42,673 nucleotides of DNA, taken from a virus. The stretch spans positions 1 to 42,673 of IMG/VR virus record IMGVR_UViG_3300032157_000024. The stretch is one strand, 5' to 3'. Below the pieces are notes generated by a model. The model saw nothing but the letters and a program-made list of their open reading frames with translations. It searched no databases and was not told where the DNA came from. Below, piece by piece: positions 7,651 through 15,395 of the stretch (positions are counted from its first letter, which is position 1; each line of letters starts with the position of its first letter). A program made the translations under genes and the position numbers.

Positions 7651-8694
7651 CTAATATCCGAGGCACATGATTTGCAGCACGTCGCTTGCTGTCCACGCAA
7701 GGGCTGCACCAGTGCTGATCGTCTGGTTCTGCACCGTGATGCTCGTGGTAGTTGTCGCCGTGATGACCGTGCGCTGGTCGCCACGGTTCGCGGCAACTGC
7801 GGTGATGTTCTCCACTTTCGCCGCCCAACCGTTTTTCGCGGCAGGCATGGTCAGGACTCCGCCAGTTGCCGTGCCGCCAGTCCCTACATTGACCGTGAAT
7901 GCTGCCGTTCCGTTGCTCGCAACAATGCTCGGATTCGTCCCGAAACCAGAGGCGATGGTAGGCGGTACGTTGTCCATGAACGTGCTTGCCCCAATCCCGA
8001 ACGGGTTGAGGTACACAGCCCCCGCATTTGAGACTCCAAGGCCGTACCCGCCGTTAGGGCGCAGGTTGATCGACCCCGACCCGTTACTGTCGATGAATAT
8101 GCTGGCTCCGCCCGTTATGGTGGAAAAGCCACCCGTAATGGTCAGGTTTCCGCCGAGCGTTCCGTTGCCGCTCTTGTCCACCTTGAAAAGAGTTGTCGCG
8201 CCAGCAGCACCACCAAGGACATTGATCGGCAGGAATCCAGCCGCGCTGGTTCCGTCCGTGAAAATGATCTCGACGCCCTTAGTGATGGACGAGTCGTTGT
8301 TCGTCCTCGTGATCGACAGCGCAGCAACGTCCGTGGTCGCCGTGCCTGCGGCCATGACAAGACCCTGGCCTGTGGCTGCGCCGAAGGTAAGGTTGGCAGA
8401 ATCGCTGAGAACTCCACTAGCCCCAACCAGCACCAAGCGGTACTGCGTGAGGCCGGAGAGCGTAAGGCCAGTGAAGGTTGGAGATAGACCGCTTACTGTG
8501 GAAGTAAGCGCCTTGGAACTATCGGTTGCAACAAGTCTGGATGCAGTCAGCCCTGAGAGCGTCAGCCCTGCAAAGGTAGGCGAATCCGCGTTCAGCAGCC
8601 CGGTGATCGTGTGGTTCTTGTCCCAATTCGTCGCGCCTGTGGCGCTGAACGTGCCGTCTGCTGCGTCTGCATGGACTACGGTAGGGTCAGCCAT
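7651..8694 (-). CDS. Fiber-like structural protein (Gly/Thr/Ala/Ser-rich, internal repeats)
   Basis: 347 aa. A repeated module is present (SPTFAGLTLSGLTASRLVATDSSKALTS / SPTFTGLTLSGLTQYRLVLVGASGVLSDS), followed by beta-helix-like G/T/N-rich sequence. The gene starts at the portal stop. Confidence 0.6.
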   Translation of the reverse strand: MADPTVVHADAADGTFSATGATNWDKNHTITGLLNADSPTFAGLTLSGLTASRLVATDSSKALTSTVSGLSPTFTGLTLSGLTQYRLVLVGASGVLSDSANLTFGAATGQGLVMAAGTATTDVAALSITRTNNDSSITKGVEIIFTDGTSAAGFLPINVLGGAAGATTLFKVDKSGNGTLGGNLTITGGFSTITGGASIFIDSNGSGSINLRPNGGYGLGVSNAGAVYLNPFGIGASTFMDNVPPTIASGFGTNPSIVASNGTAAFTVNVGTGGTATGGVLTMPAAKNGWAAKVENITAVAANRGDQRTVITATTTTSITVQNQTISTGAALAWTASDVLQIMCLGY

Positions 8695-11105
8695 TACTGC
8701 AATCTCGTAGCTACGTCAGCACCGACGATATTTCCTCCGCCGTCCTTCCTCACGTTGCCGATGAGGACGGAACGTGCGGGCGGGTTCTGTAGCACGGCGA
8801 GCGTCTGCTCCTGCAATGCAAGAGCCTGCTTTTGCAGGTTGGCAAGCTCGCCAATCGCGCCAGCTACCGCCTGCGTCATCGCCTGCATCCCCTCGACCAC
8901 CTGCGGGAGCATGGCTACGTCACGGTAGTTCGGGTCTGCGGCTAGTTTCTGATCCCTCTCGAAGGCTATTTTTTCCTTGGCAAGTCCGTGTTCGGCTTCA
9001 GCGATTTCGCGCTCCAACCTCGCCTTCTCAAGTGCGGCCGAACGCTCAAGCGCGATTTTCTTGTCCTGAACCTCTTTTTCAAGCTCCAGTGCTGCCAGTG
9101 CTTCCTCGCGCTGCACATTAATCTTCGCAAGCGCGGAGGCTTCGCCTGACTTCAATTTCATGTTCTCCTGCGCGAGTTCCTGTCCCTTCTCGTTCATCAT
9201 CTGCATCTGCTGCGTCATCTGCATGATCTTTGCCTGCGCTTTTGGCGGAACCGGAGGTTCGTCCTCATCGTCGCCTTGCAACTGCTGCGGCAGCGCACGC
9301 TTAAGACGCTCTGAGATTTCGTCAGCGATGGGCGAGTCAATCTGCTTGAAAAGCAGGTCACCTATCAGGGGAGTCAGTTGCGGGTTGCCCTTCATCGCCT
9401 CTTGCATGATGGCAACGGATTCCATGCGCTTCGTAGTGAAGCTCGGCCCCACAGTCACGGTGACATCGTAGGTGCCGACGCCAAGGTTGTAAATGCGCTT
9501 TACCTTGCCTTCCTGGGTCGGAATCTCGCGCATGGACTGCTTCTGGTTCGGGTCGATCTGGATGCGCTTGGCTTTGCCGTCAGGACCGAGGATGCGGATA
9601 ACCTGCTCCACGTCCTTGATCTTCGGGATCAGGTCAATCATGATCCTGCCGCCGTGTCGGATGGAGAGCGCAAGGTTGTCTGGAAAGTTGAAGGTCGCCG
9701 TGTCCGACTGCATTTGCAGGCTTCGGATTGCGATGCCGGACTGGTCGGATTGCGTATCGCCAACGGAAGCCTTGAACATCCCTAGGGATGTCTGGATGTC
9801 ATGCTCGATGGTGAGCAACTGGTGAATCATCGCCTGCTCCATCGGCGCTGGCATGACGCGCTCCGGCGGCGGGACGGCGTTGCCGCTCACGTCGATGGGC
9901 TTATATTGCACTACCGACAGCCGCGAACGGTTGATTTCCTTCCATTCCTGCTCGCGCCCTGCAATCTGTCCTTCGGCTGCGATGTAAGGTGTAGCCGGAG
10001 ACTGCATGATGCGCTCAGTGACAGTTGAGGCGAAGTAGTTATACATCCGAGCCGAGTCAATGGCTGGGCGAATGAGGCCCCATGTCAGTTTCTTGCCATC
10101 GACCATTTTCTGATGGCCGACCACCTTGACGATTGGGATGTATTTTCCTGCCCAATCGCGCTTATCGAGGATTTCCGTTGCGGTCAGCTTGCACCACTTG
10201 ACACTGCGCTTGAATGACTCCCTGCTATCCATGACGGTCGGGACAATCGGAACGCCAAAATCGTCCATGTTTGCCTTGGCGACCATTTCCGCGTACTCAT
10301 CCTCGAATACGTCAGTGCCATCGGATAGGTAGAGCAGTTTGGCAGGGGTGTCTTTGAAGTAGAAGTATTCGGCTTTCCTGACCGATTCCTCGCCCACCCA
10401 AAATGGACTAGAGGTGTCTCCGTCCAGCGTCCCGGTTGGGTCTTTCGCGCCTGGATGCTCGCGTCGGAAGGTGGCAAGCGGCACATCTTCCAGAACGAAC
10501 CCATACTCCGCGTCAGAGCCATCCGGCATCAGGTGCGGGCCGAGGTAGACGCTAAAACCATCGAAAATCGGCTTGACATAGATTTCCTGATTGCGGCTTT
10601 TCTGGTCTACGTAGTCGGTCGTGAACCGGAAGTAGCCTGCGCCTGCGTCAATGGCCCATTCAGCGGCGGCTTGGTAGGCGATGTCGGCGGAGGAAATGTC
10701 CTCTATATGGCGCGTGATGCCTTGGAAGATGTCTGCTGTCTCGACATCGGCTCCGCTATCGACGGGGCGCACCTTGACGGCGGGGCGGTTCTTTCGGATG
10801 TCGTTCAAAATCTGCATCCGGTACTGGCCTAGCTTGTCGATGGTGAGGCAGGGTCTAGCGCCGTTGACATCGCCCTCGCGCTGCGCCCTCACCTTCTGAT
10901 CCCACTGCTCAAGGGCGACGAACCGGATGTCTACCTTGGCTTTAGCGCGTTCCTCTGATTCGCGTGAGATTGCGTCTGCGAGGCGCGTATGGGCTTCATC
11001 GAGTATTGCCTTGTCCTCTGCTGAAACACTGGTATCTGCGGGTTGCGCTTGTCGGGACGGTTTTTTCTTGGCCATGATGTCTTTGTTGGTTCCTAGGACA
11101 TCCAC
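8694..11105 (-). CDS. Portal protein (large, P22-like, with a long C-terminal coiled-coil barrel)
   Basis: 803 aa, directly downstream of TerL. The C-terminal ~200 aa is strongly helical and charged (QMTQQMQMMNEKGQELAQENMKLK...EKEVQDKKIALERSAALEKARLEREIAEAE). Confidence 0.85.
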   Translation of the reverse strand: MDVLGTNKDIMAKKKPSRQAQPADTSVSAEDKAILDEAHTRLADAISRESEERAKAKVDIRFVALEQWDQKVRAQREGDVNGARPCLTIDKLGQYRMQILNDIRKNRPAVKVRPVDSGADVETADIFQGITRHIEDISSADIAYQAAAEWAIDAGAGYFRFTTDYVDQKSRNQEIYVKPIFDGFSVYLGPHLMPDGSDAEYGFVLEDVPLATFRREHPGAKDPTGTLDGDTSSPFWVGEESVRKAEYFYFKDTPAKLLYLSDGTDVFEDEYAEMVAKANMDDFGVPIVPTVMDSRESFKRSVKWCKLTATEILDKRDWAGKYIPIVKVVGHQKMVDGKKLTWGLIRPAIDSARMYNYFASTVTERIMQSPATPYIAAEGQIAGREQEWKEINRSRLSVVQYKPIDVSGNAVPPPERVMPAPMEQAMIHQLLTIEHDIQTSLGMFKASVGDTQSDQSGIAIRSLQMQSDTATFNFPDNLALSIRHGGRIMIDLIPKIKDVEQVIRILGPDGKAKRIQIDPNQKQSMREIPTQEGKVKRIYNLGVGTYDVTVTVGPSFTTKRMESVAIMQEAMKGNPQLTPLIGDLLFKQIDSPIADEISERLKRALPQQLQGDDEDEPPVPPKAQAKIMQMTQQMQMMNEKGQELAQENMKLKSGEASALAKINVQREEALAALELEKEVQDKKIALERSAALEKARLEREIAEAEHGLAKEKIAFERDQKLAADPNYRDVAMLPQVVEGMQAMTQAVAGAIGELANLQKQALALQEQTLAVLQNPPARSVLIGNVRKDGGGNIVGADVATRLQ

Positions 11106-12676
11106 GCAACGTTAGGGTTTTGCTCTTTGCGAGGTGGCGGGATGTATTGCGGTTTTTCCTGCTGCGGCCAGATCAGCTTCAAATCAGGCTCCGCTATACG
11201 TGCCAGAGCGTCCAAAAGGTCGTCATGCAAACCTACCGGGAATGCCAAATACTCCTCTTCTATGAACGCCTGCACTAGATCAACCGGAACCTTTTGCCAG
11301 TCCGTGACGAAGCATGTCTCCGGCAACCATATACGCCCTTGTTCGAACATTGGCAACAGGCGCTTGATCCGGTCTGCCTTGGACGTGACCCCTGCGACCT
11401 CGGTAATCGTAAACCTGTAGTTCTCGGTTTCCATCCTTGCCTGATAATGCTCTATGTCGCTCATGAGGCCATAGCGTTCGTACCTGACCTGCTTTGGCTT
11501 GTAGGTTCGGTGGGCCTCGAAAAGCCTGTCGCCGCGCTCCTTGAGGTTCAACCTGTCCCGGCATACCGGAACGCAGTAGTAGTTCCCGTCCACACCAAGA
11601 CCTACCGCCCACATCGCCGTGTAGTCCGAGCCGCGCTTTTTGCTCGATGCCGCATCGCAGCACAGATACCAGTTCAGGCGCTCGGGGATGATGCGCTTGT
11701 ATTTTCGCAGCCACTCACGCCGGAAGCCCTGCATGGCGTCGGCCTTAGGATTGAGGAGTATTTGCGCGGCGTAGGTATATGGCCCCATGTCGCGGCGCTT
11801 CTGCTCGTGCATGGATTCGGACCAGAACACGCTCTTTCCGTCCTCGGTAGCGCCCTTCCTGCCCGGATGCTCGCGCAGTTTGAGCGTGCCGCGATCAGAA
11901 ACAGTCTTGTAGGCATCGTTGAAGTGCCACCTTGTCCCTACGCCTCTTTTAACCCCAGGTGTGGTGCCGAGGTTATAGCTGCGCTCCATTTCGGTCATCA
12001 CCTTGGCGATCATTTCGGGAGTTGTAACACTCCCTGCAACCACCACGTCATCGTAGAGCAGCACGCGAAAGTGTTTCGAGGTCGGCTGTCCGTCAACCAA
12101 CCCCCACGCCTCAACCGTCGCCTCGTTCGGATTGCTTTTGCGGTTTACGATGATGCCATCGTCCTCGGACCATTTAGGTGCCTGCCTCACGTCCTCGCCC
12201 CACAAAATGTCAGGAAAAGCCGCGTGCAGGATTTTGTTCGACTCCAGTTCCCGCATGATCTGCCTGAGGAACGCCTTCGCTATCGGCCTCGTATGCGAGA
12301 AAATCCCTATCGTCACTTCCGGGTCGCACAGGATGTTCTGGATCGTCTTGCCGAACGTGATAACGCTGGACTTGAAGTGTTCCCGTCCCCACAGGTCCAA
12401 GTGCCCATCCGGGGATGCCTCGACCTCCCGACACCGCTCGAATGCGAACTGGTTCGCAACGAAATCCTTGCCTTCAGCCTTGGGCAGCATATCGACCCGC
12501 CCGCATACCCGCACCAGCAGGTAATACAAATCCGCCCGGCAGAGCATCCTAACCACCGAATTGACCGCGCCCTGCTTCCTGCCCAACTCCTCCGCCGCGT
12601 CCCAATACGCAACCGCCTTCTCAAAGGGCAGCGCACGCAGCCTCGCGGCTTCCTCTGGCGGCAGGTCAGCCATCAA
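11093..12676 (-). CDS. terL: Terminase large subunit
   Basis: 527 aa. It has an ATPase-then-nuclease architecture with a C-terminal ...FPVGLHDDLLDALARI motif typical of the TerL nuclease domain. It lies between a small DNA-binding-type ORF and the portal gene. Confidence 0.85.
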   Translation of the reverse strand: MMADLPPEEAARLRALPFEKAVAYWDAAEELGRKQGAVNSVVRMLCRADLYYLLVRVCGRVDMLPKAEGKDFVANQFAFERCREVEASPDGHLDLWGREHFKSSVITFGKTIQNILCDPEVTIGIFSHTRPIAKAFLRQIMRELESNKILHAAFPDILWGEDVRQAPKWSEDDGIIVNRKSNPNEATVEAWGLVDGQPTSKHFRVLLYDDVVVAGSVTTPEMIAKVMTEMERSYNLGTTPGVKRGVGTRWHFNDAYKTVSDRGTLKLREHPGRKGATEDGKSVFWSESMHEQKRRDMGPYTYAAQILLNPKADAMQGFRREWLRKYKRIIPERLNWYLCCDAASSKKRGSDYTAMWAVGLGVDGNYYCVPVCRDRLNLKERGDRLFEAHRTYKPKQVRYERYGLMSDIEHYQARMETENYRFTITEVAGVTSKADRIKRLLPMFEQGRIWLPETCFVTDWQKVPVDLVQAFIEEEYLAFPVGLHDDLLDALARIAEPDLKLIWPQQEKPQYIPPPRKEQNPNVAWMS

Positions 12677-13170
12677 ATCTCATCCACAGTCTCAATCTGC
12701 TCCGGCCCCTGCTCCGCCACCACCCGCTCCCTACTAGCACCAGCAGCACCGGCAGCCCCAGCCAACCTCAGCAGCTCAACCATCCCCGCCAGCAGCGCAC
12801 CCTCCTCCACCACCTTCACCTCCCTCTCCACCTTCATCCTCGGCCCATACACCTCCGGGTACGCCTTCTCCGCAAACCGAAAATTCGTGTCCACCTGCAA
12901 CTTAGCCTCCCCACTCCCAGCCGCAATCTCCAGCGCCTCCCCTACCAACATCTCGCTCTTGTACCGCTTCGCCTCCTCATACGCAGCCTTCCTATCCCCA
13001 TCACCCTTTAACCACCGCCACAACTCACTCTCAGCCCACCCCCTACTTATCGCCATTTCCTTTACCGCAACCGGACCCCTGCTCGACACCCCTGCAAGCA
13101 ACTCCCCAAGCAACCCCTCCACATCACTCCCGTCAATCTCTGCCCTCGTTGCCCTCGCCAGTGCGCCCAT
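12673..13170 (-). CDS. terS: Terminase small subunit (putative)
   Basis: 165 aa. It is the first gene of the late block and has an ATGA overlap with terL. Confidence 0.6.
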   Translation of the reverse strand: MGALARATRAEIDGSDVEGLLGELLAGVSSRGPVAVKEMAISRGWAESELWRWLKGDGDRKAAYEEAKRYKSEMLVGEALEIAAGSGEAKLQVDTNFRFAEKAYPEVYGPRMKVEREVKVVEEGALLAGMVELLRLAGAAGAAGASRERVVAEQGPEQIETVDEI

Positions 13171-13178
13171 GCAGCACG

Positions 13179-13207
13179 CTTATACGCTAAAAAATTTTCG
13201 CGCGCAA
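13179..13207 (-). promoter_or_regulatory. Sigma70-like late promoter (TTGCGC-17 nt-TATAAG) with the conserved GCGTATAAGC; predicted near-leaderless terS mRNA
   Basis: The -10 element ends 8 nt before the terS ATG at 13170. The 10-mer is identical to those at 736-745 and 2194-2203. Confidence 0.5.
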
Positions 13208-13525
13208 AACAGAACCCAACATAGGGGGGCAAAACATGCGAAAGGTATCGGTACGGGCACCCACTCGCAAAGGGGGGCGTGTCTCGGCGTTCCGAGGTCT
13301 ACCCCCCCTCCGGCCGCCTGCCTGCCACGGTCCTGGCGTGCGCGTGCTTAGGCCCACGCCTGCCCATGCCTAGCGCAGTGTTGCGGTCGGGAGACAGGCT
13401 AGCTGGATGCGTGAGTTTACATAATCACATACTGCGCAATGCTTGACCCGGCAGCGCAGGTATCGGCCTGCAATACGTTGCCAGCACGCAACACTAAGCC
13501 TACGTTAGCGAACACTCTCATGCAA

Positions 13526-13712
13526 ACCGTCCCAACCGTCCCATAATAACCATGTTGGGAGTGAGGACAGGGACGATGGGACGTTTAGGGACCTTTGAAA
13601 GTATCAAGCACTACGCGCGATGTGCGCGCACGGGATGTTACCGCAAATGGTCCCTAATGGTCCCAAGGTCCCTAATTTGTGCTGGATCGTCCCTAAAGGC
13701 TGATGGTCCCTT
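13526..13712. repeat. Iteron/operator array built on (C/G)GTCCC(T/A)A
   Basis: ACCGTCCCA occurs twice in tandem (13526-13543). Inverted GGGACG/GGGACC copies lie at 13570, 13578 and 13588. TGGTCCCTAA, TGGTCCCAA and GGTCCCTAA are in tandem (13648-13675). CGTCCCTAA lies at 13688 and TGGTCCCTT at 13704. Confidence 0.75.
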
Positions 13713-13836
13713 GGTTATAAGGCCGAGGCGAATGCTGCGATTTAGTTATAAGGCGGGCTGTAGGTGTTGCTGGCTCGCCACGGATTTGCTTATGTGCTGA
13801 TAGAAACATTTGATAGCGTTGCACGCGTAATGCCTC

Positions 13837-13865
13837 TTGACATATGCGTAGGCGGGGATTACATT
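13837..13865 (+). promoter_or_regulatory. Early promoter TTGACA-17 nt-TACATT
   Basis: A consensus -35 (13837-13842), a 17-nt spacer and TACATT (13860-13865), about 45 nt upstream of the first plus-strand ORF. Confidence 0.6.
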
Positions 13866-13911
13866 GCTATCACGCGCTCAGTGGAGCGCATAACAGCAAC
13901 GGGAGCAGACA

Positions 13912-14076
13912 ATGACATTTCAAGAGGCGCTGGAAGTTTTCAACAACGCGAAAGAAACGGCTTGGGACAAGGCCGCGTTCCCGACGATGAGCGACGAGCA
14001 ACTAGAAGCCGCTCGCAAGGGCTTCCACGCAGGCATCTACCAAGCCGCTCTGGCCTTCAGCAACCGCACCGCCTAA
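13912..14076 (+). CDS. Small early protein (54 aa)
   Basis: GGGAG RBS. Hand translation MTFQEALEVFNNAKETAWDKAAFPTMSDEQLEAARKGFHAGIYQAALAFSNRTA. It is more protein-like than the overlapping 13764..14117 track ORF. Confidence 0.5.
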   Translation: MTFQEALEVFNNAKETAWDKAAFPTMSDEQLEAARKGFHAGIYQAALAFSNRTA

Positions 14077-14154
14077 TCCTCCCTCATGCCTTCGGGCATG
14101 GGAGAGCGTTAGCCTAGCCTGCGGGTTGCAGGTGCATAACAGGGGATAGCAAAC

Positions 14155-14361
14155 ATGGCTAAAGAGTTTGTCGGATACACGAAAGCGCCAAGCGGCAAGC
14201 ATTACCTCATCGGCGTCGGGACGCTGGACTGGCTTTCCGCTCGCCTGCATTCCATCGAAGGCGGGGAACTGGTGTACCGCGACGTGACACCGGACGATCA
14301 AGAAGCGCCCTACTACCACGAGCGCGACCTTTCCGGCGCGGAAGAGCGGGGAGACAAATGA
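14155..14361 (+). CDS. Hypothetical early protein (68 aa)
   Basis: ORF with an AGGGGA RBS and an ATGA overlap with the next ORF. Confidence 0.55.
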   Translation: MAKEFVGYTKAPSGKHYLIGVGTLDWLSARLHSIEGGELVYRDVTPDDQEAPYYHERDLSGAEERGDK

Positions 14362-14684
14362 CCGCCACGCCGAAGCCTGCAACGCCGTTGCCTTGGATAC
14401 AAAACAAGCGCACAGAGGTTATAGCCGCCTCAGACTTTCGCACAGTGGCGAACTGTGTCCACGTACTGCACGCTGAGGATGACGCCGCCTACATCGTCGC
14501 CGCCTGCAACGCCTACCCGCGCCTGCTTGCCGAGCGCGCCGAGCTGGTCGCGGCGCTGTGGGAAAGTCCGCCGTCCTCGGAATGCGTGAGCGCGGCGGTC
14601 GCACCGTCGCCATGCCTGTCGAGGACGTTAATACGGCCAACCTGCACCGCGCGATCCACACGCACATCGAACCGGGCAGCATGA
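14358..14684 (+). CDS. Hypothetical early protein whose 3' end is displaced by an IS1595-transposase remnant
   Basis: The first ~65 aa (PLPWIQNKRTEVIAASDF...AAYIVAACNAYPRLLAERAELVAAL) look like a phage protein. From about 14560 the reading frame runs out of frame through transposase-derived DNA. Confidence 0.4.
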   Translation: MTATPKPATPLPWIQNKRTEVIAASDFRTVANCVHVLHAEDDAAYIVAACNAYPRLLAERAELVAALWESPPSSECVSAAVAPSPCLSRTLIRPTCTARSTRTSNRAA

Positions 14685-15001
14685 TCCACAGCGACGAACA
14701 CGCGGGCTACCGCGGCCTTGGCGGGCTGTTCTTCGGGCGCGAGACCGTGAACCACAGCGCTGGCGAGTACGTCCGGGATGGCGTACACACGAACAGCATC
14801 GAATCCGTGTGGGCGGTCCTCAAGCGCGGGCTGCACGGCGTCTACCACCACGCCAGCGACAAGCACCTTGCGCGCTACGTCAACGAGTTCACCTTCCGGC
14901 TGAACGAGGGCAACGTGAAGCGCCATACCTTCCAGCGCCTCAACAGCCTGATCGCTGCCACGGCCAAGCGCCGCATCACCTACAAGGAACTGACCGCATG
15001 A
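14558..15001 (+). pseudogene. IS1595-family (ISXO2-like) DDE transposase, C-terminal fragment only
   Basis: GKSAVLGMRERGGRTVAMPVED...IHSDEHAGYRGL...HTNSIESVWAVLKRGLHGVYHHASDKHLARYVNEFTFRLN aligns by eye with the C-terminal half of the full-length copy at 26387..27322. The zinc-ribbon N-terminus is absent. Confidence 0.75.
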
Positions 15002-15240
15002 ACAACTGCCCGCTTTGCGGAGGAACCGGCTGGTTGGCCGGTGCGCAGGAATGGACGCCCGAGAGGATGAGTAAGGGGACGCCGTATAAATCGGTGCGCT
15101 GCGATTGCCAAGAATGCGAACTCCCAGAATGCCAGCATCGTGTGTGCGTCTGCGGTCACGCCGAATGTGGTCACGCTGACGAAAACGTGCAGCCGAACTG
15201 CTCTGACTGTCAATGCGACGGCTTTCGGGAGCAATCATGA
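14998..15240 (+). CDS. Cys-rich zinc-binding protein (80 aa)
   Basis: ATGA overlap gives the start. It carries CPLCGGTGW (a DnaJ-type CxxCxGxG motif) plus many further Cys/His residues. Confidence 0.6.
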   Translation: MNNCPLCGGTGWLAGAQEWTPERMSKGTPYKSVRCDCQECELPECQHRVCVCGHAECGHADENVQPNCSDCQCDGFREQS

Positions 15241-15365
15241 AGCCGCCCAAGGAACTGGACCGGATCGTGGACAAGGTGCTGGCGTACAAGGTGCCCGCTC
15301 GTAGCCCGAAGGCGAAGAAGCGCCAGCGCAAACGCCGGAAGGTTCAGAGGGAGTCATGTATATAA
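15237..15365 (+). CDS. Small basic protein (42 aa)
   Basis: ATGA overlap gives the start. Sequence: MKPPKELDRIVDKVLAYKVPARSPKAKKRQRKRRKVQRESCI. Confidence 0.35.
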   Translation: MKPPKELDRIVDKVLAYKVPARSPKAKKRQRKRRKVQRESCI

Positions 15366-15395
15366 ATCCCTTTCCATTACTCTGGAGCTGACACC

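Noticed and set aside
7667-8710. 347-aa plus-strand ORF mirroring the fiber-like gene almost end to end
   Set aside because: An antisense frame stays open because the sense gene is rich in Gly/Ala/Thr/Ser codons. It has no RBS and would break the coupled operon. An equal-length mirror ORF is a known artefact of such composition. The remote possibility of antisense coding could be tested by ribosome profiling.
11294-13351. 685-aa plus-strand ORF, the longest ORF on that strand
   Set aside because: It lies entirely antisense to terL and terS. Its composition is Pro/Arg/Ala/Leu-rich low complexity with no motifs, whereas the minus-strand products have clear terminase features.
13552-13800. 82-aa ORF in the control region
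   Set aside because: Its sequence is generated by the GTCCC iterons (repeated GT/LG/SL motifs). It has no RBS and sits upstream of the mapped early promoter.
13764-14117. 117-aa ORF overlapping the early promoter
   Set aside because: It would start upstream of the TTGACA/TACATT promoter and has Arg/Gly-rich junk composition. The alternative 54-aa frame (13912..14076) has an RBS and protein-like sequence.
14513-15331. 272-aa minus-strand ORF
   Set aside because: It is antisense to the transposase remnant and to two coupled early genes, and it has no motif or RBS.
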